Shown here one piece after another: positions 1 to 10,885 of a DNA stretch of 64,000 bases (positions within the stretch are counted from its first letter, which is position 1; each line of letters begins with the position of its first letter). The translations under genes and the position numbers were made by a program. Source of the DNA: Octopus bimaculoides (taxonomy: Eukaryota); the NCBI RefSeq assembly GCF_001194135.2, contig NC_068981.1, positions 179,468,363 through 179,532,362 on the forward strand. Reading direction: 5' to 3'. Under the pieces are notes generated by a model. It made no database searches, was not told the origin of the DNA, and saw nothing but the letters and a program-made list of their open reading frames with translations.

Positions 1-45
<45 letters not shown>

Positions 46-152
46 TATATTATATATATGTGTGTGTGTGTATGTGTTATATAATATTGCTATATATGTA
101 ATATATAGAACACATATATTTATATAAATAATATATAGTATAGATATGTATA

Positions 153-290
153 TACGAGGTCTGATCCATAAGTATGCTGAGTGTTGCTATAGTAACAAAG
201 CTACAGCACGTAGAGTGAAGTGGCTTGTCACAAGATTGACCTTGAACTCTACTGTGCATGCGCACTAAATGTTAATTTCTTCACGCCTAA
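153..290 (+). mobile_element. Probable mariner left end (TIR and 5' flank)
   Basis: Starts TA-CGAGGTCTGATCCATAAGTA, typical of mariner termini. No matching right TIR found in the window. Confidence 0.5.
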
Positions 291-938
291 ATAGAAAGGA
301 AGATGAAGATGTTCAGAAGGACACTGCCATTCTGAATTTGATTAAGTGTGCATGAGAGCGGCAAGAATGGCACACAACATGCACCCATATGCAGGCGAAC
401 TTAGCACTTAGAAGACAAGTGCCCTTACTAGACAGGGTAATCCTGGATGTGTAAGGTTACTTGATTAGTGCTAATTAGTTATCTTTCCTTATTGGCTACA
501 TTTCTTTTAGTTCCAATTTCTATAACCTTGTTTTCCATGCTCGAAATGTTTCAAAATTAATTTTGTATAATTCCTCACCTTTTCTGCGATTTCTCACAGC
601 AATCTCTCTCTTTTTTTTCTGTGTTTCCCTTATACTTATTCGATGATAACGATCAGAACCCACCCCTCAAAATTTCCGTCCGAATGTCTAAATATGAAAC
701 AATTATTATTACTAGCAGAAACCTGCGAAATTTCAGGCCTTGTGCTTATAATAGAAATGATCTTTCTGATCCTGAAATGATGTACGGCAAAGATGCCCTC
801 CCACTCTTCTATGGTAAAATGCTGGCGACAAGTTAATTTGCACCATCAACCGTGTTATATTTTTGTTGTTCTCTCTCAACACTTGAAGACATTTCTTGGT
901 CGTGTACATATCTATGAATATATATATATATATATATA

Positions 939-1025
<87 letters not shown>

Positions 1026-2973
1026 CATTGTATTGCTAATTATGCTTAGACATCTGTGGAGGTGTAATTTATAGCTGATTAAGTTTCAGAGTCTAAAATA
1101 TACGTTATCTAATTAATTATACAGTTTGATGGCGGCATACATGAATATACACGCAGGCATCCCTGTGTACAGCGTATCAATGCATTCACATTATAATGCA
1201 TTCATTTGGTTATAATATTCACATATACTCGTGTAGTGTCGCATAGATACTCAAGCACGCATGTATGCTATCAATATCTTGCTAAATATGAAGTATTTCT
1301 GCGCACCTGTTGCTAAAATTTATATTAGTAAATACTCTCCTATACGAACGTTTAATACTCTTGAAGCCTGGATAGTAGATATATTTATATTGGAAATATA
1401 TTCATGTTGAGAAGCATTTACAAAATACCTTTCTTTCTAAGAATAAACTCATAAAGCTAGATTATATCTATTGGCTTTTAAACAAATCAACAACGTTCCA
1501 CACCATACTGATTCTGGTTTCAGACCATTACCTCTAGATACAGAAAGAACATAAAAATGTGAATTACCGGAAACCATTGAATAAGGAAGGAAGTTACTAA
1601 GTAATGGATGAAAGTTATAAAGAAATATTAAAGATACAAAAAATATTTTCGTGTCTTAAATCTTTATATTTTAATTTCTGTTTCTTTTTCTCCATTTTCA
1701 ATGAGCTTGCAAAGAATTTTCTGTCCATGGATATTTTCTTTCGGTTTTCTTTTTAAGTTATAATGCCAGGCTTTTGTATTCATTCACAAAAATCCAATAT
1801 ACTTTGCTAGTTATCTAAAATCTTTAGTTGCAGTTACAACGAGCTTCACTGAAGAGGCTTAATACGATCTCTTATATGTGGTTGTTCTTGTACTGTTGAA
1901 GACAAGGCTCATTCTGCAATGCCATCCTTTTGAATGAATTTACATAATTAAAATTGTTTGGTTTACTGTGTCAAGTGAAAACGTCAGGGATAGGGGAGAG
2001 TGTTGCACTCACTATGTGAAGATTGTGTTTCGGTTCCCAGACCAGCGGTACATTGTTGTCTTGAGAAAAGCACTTCCTTTCAAGTTGCTCCAAGTCTACT
2101 CAGCTGCAAATGGATAACCCTGTGACGTTCTTTTGAAGGGAAATGTTGGCTTGCCTGTCTAGGCATTATGGTAACATTCAAAAGCTACAGCCATACGAGG
2201 AAGCAATATATAACATCTGACAGTCTAGTTGATACAGTGATTTAGTGACTGTATGAAGTATGTTAGCGCCAGCATCACTATTGTTTCCATGCGACAGCAG
2301 TCTCTGAATATTTCCTTCAAATATATTGTCTTTCTGTTTTCCTGTCTTTTCTCTCTGGGCGAGTGAAAGAAAACAGACAGACATGCGAGGGAGACATATA
2401 ATGAGATGAAAAGCGACAGGTAGATACATAATGACAGATGAATGTTTTATTCTGCTTGACTCTCCTGCCTCAACCCCTTCCATTTCTTGTGGCTCCTGAT
2501 TTTCTCTTCTTGAAGTCCGAAGCTCGTATACCAAATTTTAAATAGCAAAAACTTACAATAGTATGATGTGCAGAAATTAAAGTCGTCAACTGCATATATG
2601 TTACAGAGGTCGTGGCAATTATGAATTTCTATTGCTATAAGTTTGTATGTATGTATGTATAAATGTGTGTATGTATTGTATGTTTGTGCGGGTGTATCTG
2701 GTATGCGCGTATGCTTGCGTGCATGTGTGTCTTAGACATCGGGATGTTATTGATATATGTCTAAATTCTTAAATCCTATCATAAATATTCTCAATATATA
2801 ATAAAATAAGCTTGCAAATTTAGAGCCACGATACATTATTTATAGGACAGAATTATTACAAAAGATGTCGTGCATAACATTTGGATATACGGAGACGTAA
2901 GTATATCTCTGCTAACCGCGAAGCAACCTGTTCGGTCACTTCATTTTTGGAGAAGACCTGCAATAGAAGTAGG

Positions 2974-3167
2974 TTACTCTCGACAGATGACAGAACTTTC
3001 ATTGGAGAGCATCCCGTCAGCACATATTGCAATGCAGCAAACATACAAGATAAACCAATGGAAGATGAACGGAACCCACAAGCAGGGATTTTTGCCAACG
3101 CAAACTCTCATTGCGATCGATTTTTTGGTTTTGTTGCTCTTCTTAAAGTTACGATCCCTCCTGATGC
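2974..3167 (-). CDS. Candidate next exon of the receptor: T-box/C-terminal extension, hydrophobic tail and stop; 3' boundary uncertain
   Basis: Acceptor ttccttctcatttcag ends at 3168. Only phase 1 stays open, which matches the upstream donor. The join reads GMSQD-G-IRRDRNFKKSNKTKK, aligning with RAR GMSKESVRNDRNKKKK. The frame runs to TAA at 2974. Confidence 0.5.
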
Positions 3168-4317
3168 CTGAAATGAGAAGGAACGATTTCTGTGGACCTA
3201 CAAAACCGTCTTTTGCAGGGTATTCTTTTACCAAAGACAGTGACACAAAATTACTGCTACAAGAATATGAAACTCATTCATATTTTAAAAACCGAAGGAT
3301 TTGCACAGAAATTTCATATTTAAAAAAAAAAACTTCATTCTCTCAATACTCAAATACACAGTACTTCATTTTCTGGCCAAACTGATGGAATATGTCAAAA
3401 ATGGAACGTCTTCTGTAAGTTCATTCGGATTTTTAATCCTCTCAACCATTCATATTTCTAGTTCTTCCGTTATTTTAGGTGACGTAGATTTATATTAATG
3501 TATATTAATAAAACATAAATCTTTTGTAAATACGTGTCATATTTTTTCATTGTTCTTTTCTATGAAGTAGATTATAATCTCAAATAATATATTATTTAAA
3601 AACAAATCAGTTTCGTAAAATAGATTTCAAAACATCGAACATACGCTGCATTTTCTATACTACAATCTCGTCATTTAATACATACGGGTTTCTTGAACAT
3701 TTTAAACCTGTTAGAGGTTATCCCTCTCCTGGTCAGATCACTATTAGCTTCTTCATGAAATAAATAGTGATAAAGAGAGAAAGGGTACGAGTGAGAGAGA
3801 GGTAGTGAGGAAAGGAGAGAGGGAGTGAGAAAAGGAGAGAGGGAGTGAGAAAAGGAGAGAGTGAGTGTGTGGGTGGGACATGGGAAGAGAAAATGAGAGT
3901 CGTCTTCCGCACAGGGATGCTATTTTATTCATCGAAACCGTTCTGCTTTTCGAAAGAAAAAGAAAAAGGGCAAAGTTCCCACCGATACGTAAATAGATAC
4001 ATTGGTAATTTTAGTTCTTATTGTGACTTGATAAATGATAATTAGTGAAATTCCAATCAGCTAGTTCCATTTGAATTAGAGGCTACCAAAGATTATTAAA
4101 AGTTGTTTATCAACAAAAGCCAAAGAACTCGGAAATACGGTATAGAGGATCTATTAGCAGTAATACTGTATATCATTTATGAACTTGATAATGCCGAATG
4201 GAACTGAAGAATATATCAATATATCAGTATATCGAATGTGCAACTACAATATATGACATAAACGCTTAACTTTGAGAAAATTAGATCAGATGACGATCGC
4301 ATCTGATTTCTACTTAC

Positions 4318-4462
4318 CATCTTGTGACATGCCGGCGTTGAGGCATTTTTGATATCGGCAATACTGGCACTTGTTCCGTGTTATCTGGTCTATTCTACAT
4401 TGTGATCCTGTCTTACAAGGAGTGTACACCAACTGTTTCTTAAGTGTTCGCCGAAAGAAACC
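4318..4462 (-). CDS. PPAR: Nuclear receptor exon encoding zinc finger 2 (D-box) of the DNA-binding domain
   Basis: Translates GFFRRTLKKQLVYTPCKTGSQCRIDQITRNKCQYCRYQKCLNAGMSQD plus 1 nt, in frame with the 9937 exon. Acceptor gtttcattgcag ends at 4463; donor GATG|gtaagt at 4317 (phase 1). RRT, LVY and RNKCQYCR are PPAR-type. The D-box has 5 residues (CKTGSQC), not the 3 of vertebrate PPARs. Confidence 0.93.
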
Positions 4463-4544
4463 CTGCAATGAAACTAGCAAAATTAGAAAATATATGCCTA
4501 AAAACGTAGAGACATACACTCACGCATACATACATTTTAGGGGT

Positions 4545-4885
4545 AGGGGGCTAACAGCAGACATTTACCCCAGTGCTTGACTGGTACTTACTTCATCGAT
4601 CTCCAAAGGATTAAAGGATTAAAGATTAACGGCAAAGTCGATCTCGGTGAAATGTGAACCCAGAACGTAAATACCGCTAAGCATTTTGTTCGACACGCTA
4701 ATGCTTGTAGCAACATTTTACCTTCTTAATAATAATTGTTTATACTATAGGCACAAGGCTCGAAATTTTCGGGGAACGGCTAATTGATTATATCAATCTC
4801 ACTGGTTGAGTGGTACGTATTTTATCGATTCTGAATGGATGAAACGCATAGTCGACCTCGACAGGAGTTGAACTCAGAGAGGAAA
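4545..4885 (-). mobile_element. Two adjacent SINE family 1 copies, the second truncated
   Basis: Family 1 motifs ccccagtgcttgactggtact, ggcaaagtcga and gctaagcatttt. Confidence 0.8.
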
Positions 4886-5127
4886 GAGTTGTAACTAACA
4901 CCGCAAACATCTTTTCAGGTTGTATAATAATTCTACCAGCATAGGCGCAAAGCCATACATTTGTGTAATTGTAGTAGAGGATTTACTCAATTCCAGTTCT
5001 TTGACAGGTACTATATTTTGAGGAACTCGAAAAAATGAATACAGCACGATTTGAACTAAAATAGTAGTGGACTGTAACTTAATACGGCGAGCCATTTCAT
5101 CCGACGCTTTTGCACTGATTACTGATT

Positions 5128-5526
5128 CTGTTGTTGTTGTTGTTGTTGTTGGCACTCCGTCGCTTACGACGTCGAGGGTTCCAGTTGATCCGATCAACGG
5201 AACAGCCTGCTCGTGAAATTAACGTGCAAGTGGCTGAGCACTCCACAAACACGTGTACCCTTAACGAAGTTCTCGGGGATATTCAGCGTGACACAGTGTG
5301 ACAAGGCTGACCCTTTGAATTACAGGCAAAACAGAAACAGGAAGTAAGAGTGAGAGAAAGTTGTGGTGAAAGAGTACAGCAGGGTTCATCACCATCCCCT
5401 GCCGGGGCCACGTGGAGCTTTAGGTGTTTTTGCTCAATGAACACTCACAACGCCCGGTCTGGGAATCGAAACCGCGATCCTATGACCGCGAGTCCGCTGC
5501 CCTAAGCACTGGGCCATTGCGCCTCC
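5128..5526 (-). mobile_element. SINE family 3 (tRNA-like head, (AAC)n tail), full length
   Basis: Reverse complement starts ggaggcgcaatggcccagtg...ggtttcgattcccag and ends gacggagtgccaacaacaac. Confidence 0.9.
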
Positions 5527-5935
5527 ACACCGATTCTGTAGATCGGCCGCTTTGGTTACCAATATTTAATAATTATCACTAGATTCTCTCACACCCTCGT
5601 ATCTACTTTTCCTTCTGTTATTTGTCTCTCTCGTCTGATTGTCTAAAAAGTTCCTTCAAATACGTAAATTAACCTTATTCTTGTTGTTGCTAATTAAATT
5701 TGAATATAAAATAATTTGTTAGTCGTAATTTTTTTCTTCTGTTTTATATTGCACCTGTTTCCACGCAACTAAGTAACCTCACAACCACACAACCACAACC
5801 TTCATAACAACTAACTGACAGCTTACGTACAATTTGGAACTATCATTCATTTCACCAATATCTCAAGCAATACTTCTCAAACTCTTTTTTCTTTTAAGTA
5901 GTCATATTTTCCACCTTTTTGTTAGAAAATCATAT

Positions 5936-6352
5936 GGCGCAAGAGTGGGTGTGTGGTAAGTAGCTTGCTTACAAACCATATGGTTCTGGGTTCAGTCCCA
6001 CTGCGTGGCACCTTGGGCAAGTGTCTTCTACTATAGCCTCGGGCCGACCAAAGCCTTGTGAATGGATTTGGTGGACGGAAACTGAAAGAAGCCCGTCGTA
6101 TATATGTATATATATATATGTATGTGTGTGTGTCTGTGTGCCTGTGTTTGTCCCCCCCCAACATCGCTTGACAACTGATGCTGGTGTGTTTAGGTCCCCT
6201 TAACTTAGCGGTTCGGCAAAACAGACCGATAAAATAAGTAGCAGGCTTACAAAGAATAAGTCCCGGGGTCAATTTGCTCGACTAAATGCCGTGCTCAAGC
6301 ATGACCGCAGTCAAATGGCTGAAACAAGTAAAAGAGTAAAAGAGTAAAAGAG
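5936..6352 (+). mobile_element. SINE family 2 (tRNA-like head, CCTTGGGCAAG core-like motif, internal microsatellite), full length
   Basis: ggcgcaagagtgggtgtgtggtaag...gggttcagtccc...caccttgggcaagtgtc...gacggaaactgaaagaagcccgtcg...gctgaaacaagtaaaagagt. Confidence 0.9.
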
Positions 6353-6415
6353 AATTTGTATTCTTATATTTCCTCTGCTATCTTCATTACAAGGGCTAGA
6401 TATCCATCTCTGACT

Positions 6416-6433
6416 GTCTATCTATCTACCTGT

Positions 6434-6491
<58 letters not shown>

Positions 6492-6497
6492 GTCTAT
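6416..6497. repeat. (TCTA)n microsatellite
   Basis: Direct reading. Confidence 0.95.
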
Positions 6498-6844
6498 CTT
6501 TATGAATTTTCATTCAAAACAAACTATATTTCTCTACCAATTTATTACTAACAAGTTTGTGTTTATAGATTGTATTTACTTTTGAGTTACTTTCCTATTC
6601 TCACTCCTATTGTTAGATGGAAGTTTTTTTTTTTTTTTTGTGCTTTTCCATTAAAAGTTAAATTTTCAAACGACACCAACGTAATTATTATTGAATGTGA
6701 AGTTAGCTGAGAAAAACATTTTAACTTCTGGTTTAACAATAATTTTTGAAACAATTTATTGTTCGTGTGTTTTTATTAGATGATTGTAAATTTTGCAAAT
6801 TTTCTGGAATAATTGTGATGTTTTCGTTCCGGAACTGCGGACAC

Positions 6845-7055
6845 AGCGAGCTGGCCGAATCTTTAGGCCAGCAGTCAAAAATACGTGGTGGAATTTTGTT
6901 TCGCCATATGTTCCGAGTTCAAATTCCGTTGAAATCGAGTTTGGCTTTTATTTTACATATTTTTTTTCGGTTTCGATAAAATAAGTTCCAGTTAAGCACT
7001 GAAGTCGATGTAATCGACTAGCCCCGTACACCAAATTGGTAGGCCTTGTGCATAT
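6845..7055 (+). mobile_element. SINE family 1 copy
   Basis: gcgagctggccgaatc...gagttcaaattcc...gtcgatgtaatcgac...ggccttgtg. Confidence 0.8.
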
Positions 7056-7615
7056 TGTCACTTTATTTCACCCCTGAACAACAAAATGTATGAAAAAGGC
7101 TTCGACCAAGTCTCGTTTTTTCATTATTTTCTCGATAACTTGGTCATATTTTCAATGAGTTCTTCCATTTCTAAAACAAGATTTGTCAATTTCACCCGCT
7201 GACCGATTTCCAAGTAGACTTGTCTGATGATTATGTTGCGTATATACATAGTTATGATAATAAAAGATTTATGCGTGATATATGATGTTTTGTTCCTTGA
7301 AACAACGAATATCTAGTGAGCTGTTGTGACCCGTCGTAACTCAGGTACAGTGAATCTGGATGAGTCTCGCTCTTTCCACATCTGATAACATCCAATTGCT
7401 TCCAGAGAAAGAGAAAGTGAAAAAAAAGAAGTATCGACCACAGTACGAGATTAGTAATTTACTTATGGAACGCAAAGCGATGAACTACAAATATCACTTC
7501 GGCCGGATTCGAACTCAGAAAGCTGAGAGTTTGGACGATTTCCGCATAGGTGCTCATCTAACGCTCTACAGACCCTGCTAATTTATAGCCCTATTAAGAA
7601 TTATATGTGATCACT

Positions 7616-7826
7616 GTATCCTATGAAAAGATAAGTGGTGGTTCTGTTATCTGAAGAGACATCCAGTGAGGGTTGGGTTATATGAAGAATTATGAACGAC
7701 ATATGTGTTATATGAATATATATGTTTAGCAGCTGTTTAACCTGATGAGATATCTGTGAGGGTTATGTTATACGAAGAGGTATAAGCGGTAGTTGTATTA
7801 CATAGAAAACATATGGTGTTCGGCCA
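7616..7826. repeat. Degenerate 30-bp minisatellite, about 7 units
   Basis: Units begin gttat/ttaac/attac at 7646, 7677, 7707, 7737, 7767 and 7797. Confidence 0.65.
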
Positions 7827-7829
7827 AGA

Positions 7830-8263
7830 TTTGACTATTTCTATGCCTTCTTTTTCCAAGAACAACTTCATGTATTGGCGAACAATCTACGGTATTGGAG
7901 AACGTAAAGATAAAAGTTGATTTTTCGGAGAAATTCTACGACTTCTCCAAACCCAATTTCTGGTCCACTTACCTCCCCGATTATAACCCCATGGATTGCT
8001 ACGTGTGGGGCGCGGTTGAGGTGGAACTGGTGGCCAAGATCAAGGTGTTCCGAGAGCTTCCAACGGGCACAATGAGTAATGGATGCACCAGGTTGCGGAG
8101 TCTTCTCGAGGTCATTGTAGAAGCTAACTGCAGCTACTCGGAGTAAGCTGTTACCTGCCAACTATTATTTAGTTGATATTTAAATTTTTTTTTAATACTT
8201 ATGGGATATCGCATTTTCATTTACTTGTATGCAAATTTTCAGATTTAACCTGAACACACTGTA
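7830..8263 (+). mobile_element. Tc1/mariner 3' fragment, maT (DD37D)-like
   Basis: FWSTYLPDYNPMDCYVWGAVE...LRSLLEVIVEANCSYSE resembles WPPxSPDxNPLDYxVWG...RLEAVVxAxGGYxE. Ends cacactgta, a TIR-like end plus TA. Confidence 0.75.
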
Positions 8264-8514
8264 CATGAGATTGTTAATTTATATGACGTAATAATGAAAT
8301 GAAACGAAAGATTAAATGAATGATTAAATTTTTAAACATATGAATATGTAATGAAATGAATTTCAAAGATAATATAAAGGGAAATGGGAAGTGATATTGG
8401 TGAAGAAGTTGGAGAAATTGTATTACAAGACGGAAGTAGGAGAAAAATGGCCTAGTGAAATGGATGTCAATTAGAACTAAACATGAATTACAATCTTATA
8501 TTAAAAACCATTTC

Positions 8515-8969
8515 AGGTGTCTAATGAGGCCGAATGCCCCTAATTTTGAGGGGAGGAGGTTAGTTAGTAACTTCAAGTTTAGTATTTCGCTAAAACTGTA
8601 TTTCATCGACCCAAAAAGTATAAAGGAAAACTTGAGCCCGCTGGGATATAAACTCGGAATGCAACGCCCCAGGTTAAATACAAGACATTTTTTCTTCTTT
8701 TCCTTCTTCTAACGTTTTAGCCAGCTCATTGCTTCAATAGCGCATATTTAATAATCCTTTCTAATGGAGGTAAAACGCCTGAAAGTTGGGGAGGGGGCTA
8801 ACAGCAGACATTTTCCTCAGTACTTGACTGGTACTTATTTCATCGACTCTGAGAGGATTACAGGAAAAGTCGAACTCGGCGGGATTTGACCTCAAGACTT
8901 AAAGGCGGACGAAATGCTGCTAAGCAGTTTTGCCCGACATGCTAATGATTCTGCTAGGTCGCCGCCTTC
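8515..8969 (-). mobile_element. Two adjacent SINE family 1 copies
   Basis: Family 1 motifs in reverse orientation, ending gccgcctt at about 8961-8968. Confidence 0.8.
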
Positions 8970-9306
8970 ATATATATTTAATAATGGTGCTAATCTCAAT
9001 CTGATAACTGCGATCTCTACTAAGAGTAACATGTGATCTGTTTTGTTAAAAAGGGATGTACAACACCATATGTCTAATCTGAACAGATTCTAGTTAACAT
9101 GCAGGTATATATTGATATCACAACTAATTTTGATTCCCCAAAATATCAACAAGCGGAAATATAATCCATTTCGATTGGTTTATGAGTAGTCACTTTGATC
9201 AGAATCATCCTAGCAGAAATTTAGTGAGGACAATATCTTACGAGAATAATTTGGCAACCTGAAATTGTGCGGAAGCCAAAAGTGTACCCGCGTGTGTATG
9301 TGTGTA

Positions 9307-9340
<34 letters not shown>

Positions 9341-9688
9341 NNNNNNNNNNNNNNNNNNNNNNNNNNNNNNNNNNNNNNNNNNNNNNNNNNNNNNNNNNNN
9401 NNNNNNNNNNNNNNNNNNNNNNNNNNNNNNNNNNNNNNNNNNNNNNNNNNNNNNNNNNNNNNNNNNNNNNNNNNNNNNNNNNNNNNNNNNNNNNNNNNNN
9501 NNNNNNNNNNNNNNNNNNNNNNNNNNNNNNNNNNNNNNNNNNNNNNNNNNNNNNNNNNNNNNNNNNNNNNNNNNNNNNNNNNNNNNNNNNNNNNNNNNNN
9601 NNNNNNNNNNNNNNNNNNNNNNNNNNNNNNNNNNNNNNNNNNNNNNNNNNNNNNNNNNNNNNNNNNNNNNNNNNNNNNNNNNNNNNNN

Positions 9689-9724
<36 letters not shown>

Positions 9725-9936
9725 TGACAGTCTAGCAGGGATCCTTACACACACGCACACATGTATATATGCGTATATACCATGATCGTTCTTATTTTGA
9801 AGTGGTTTTTACAGTTTTCCGTTCACTAAAATTAACTGGAATATATGCCAAGGTAAATACCTGAAATACCGATTTTTATCTCTACAGCTAACAATGAGTA
9901 ACTTTTTTATAAAGCGAAATAAAACATAATGTTTAC

Positions 9937-10050
9937 CTTACAACCTTCACACGAATGTACACCATAATGAAATCCAGACGCCTGGTCCCCACATATTCGA
10001 CACCTGACGTCTAATTCTTGTGTGTAAAGTTGCTTGCATCCTGGTAAAAT
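9937..10050 (-). CDS. PPAR: Nuclear receptor exon encoding zinc finger 1 and P-box of a PPAR (NR1C)-like DNA-binding domain
   Basis: Translates [38 protein letters not shown] (C-x2-C-x13-C-x2-C, P-box EGCKG). Acceptor tttctcgtatttcag ends at 10051; donor AAG|gtaaac at 9936; 114 nt, phase 0/0. A second possible acceptor gives a start at 10040. The symbol is family-level, from recalled similarity, not a database search. Confidence 0.93.
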
Positions 10051-10109
10051 CTGAAATACGAGAAATAATTGTAAGATTTTAGATTCCAAAATAGCAGCAA
10101 TGCCTTTAA

Positions 10110-10471
10110 TAATAGTTTCTAAATTTGGCACAAGGCCATCGATTTCAGGAAGGGGGTTAAGCCGATTAAATTCACCCCAGTGCTCAACTGGTATTTATTT
10201 TATCGACACAGAAAGGATGAAAGGCAAATCGTTCGCAGTGGAAAGGATTCCTTTAACAATCATTTCTAATACAGGCACAAGGCCTGAAATTTTTGGAGAG
10301 GGGGATAATCGATCCCATAGACCCCAGTACTTGACTGATAATGAACTTATCAACTCCGAAAGGATGAAAGGCAAAGTCGACCTCAGCAGTATTTGAACTC
10401 GGAACCTAAAAAAGGACGAGTGCCGCTAAGCATTCTGCCCGGCGTGCTAACGTTTCTGCCAGCTCACCGTC
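10110..10471 (-). mobile_element. Two SINE family 1 copies immediately upstream of the zinc finger 1 exon
   Basis: ggcacaaggcc...ccccagt...gaaaggatgaaaggcaaa appears twice. Confidence 0.85.
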
Positions 10472-10624
10472 TGAAATTCCTTTAATAATAACTGCAAATA
10501 TATTTAACAAAAATATGTCGGGACAATACACAGCGGGATAAGTTAAACATGCAAATCACACATACACACACATGCGCGCGCGTAAACAAGACACAGACAC
10601 ACACACACATACACAGATATATAT

Positions 10625-10790
10625 ATATATACGACGGACTTCTTTCCGTCTAACTAATCCACTCACAAAGATTTGGTCAGCCCGAAGATATAGAAAAAGA
10701 CACGCACTCAAGGTACAATGGACTGGGACTGAACCCAGTATCATGTAGTTGGAGAGCAAGCGTCTTACTACACAAGCACACCTTCACGTC
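10625..10790 (-). mobile_element. SINE family 2, 5' half
   Basis: gacggacttctttccgtctaactaatccactcacaaag...gggactgaaccc. Confidence 0.75.
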
Positions 10791-10838
10791 TATGTATGCG
10801 TATGTAAATTTCCATATTTATATTAACACACACACACA

Positions 10839-10885
<47 letters not shown>

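Noticed and set aside
2178-2534. 118-aa minus-strand ORF as a possible ligand-binding-domain exon
   Set aside because: No LBD signature (F/W-A-K-x-I-P-x-F, D-Q-x-x-L-L) in any frame.
2881-3171. Protein-like plus-strand ORF (…MEDERNPQ…) and the overlapping 2870-3385 ORF
   Set aside because: Antisense to the candidate receptor exon, with no recognisable domain.
7741-7800. CTGATGA/CTGAAGA hammerhead-like starts (also 1860, 33611 and 54796 on the minus strand)
   Set aside because: No helix II followed by GAAA.
9221-9785. Long ORFs here and at 12095-12914, 24233-25060, 29507-30533 and 43266-43843
   Set aside because: They are open only because they run through N gaps and (TA)n. Only the R4 peptide flanks at 29-30 kb are real.
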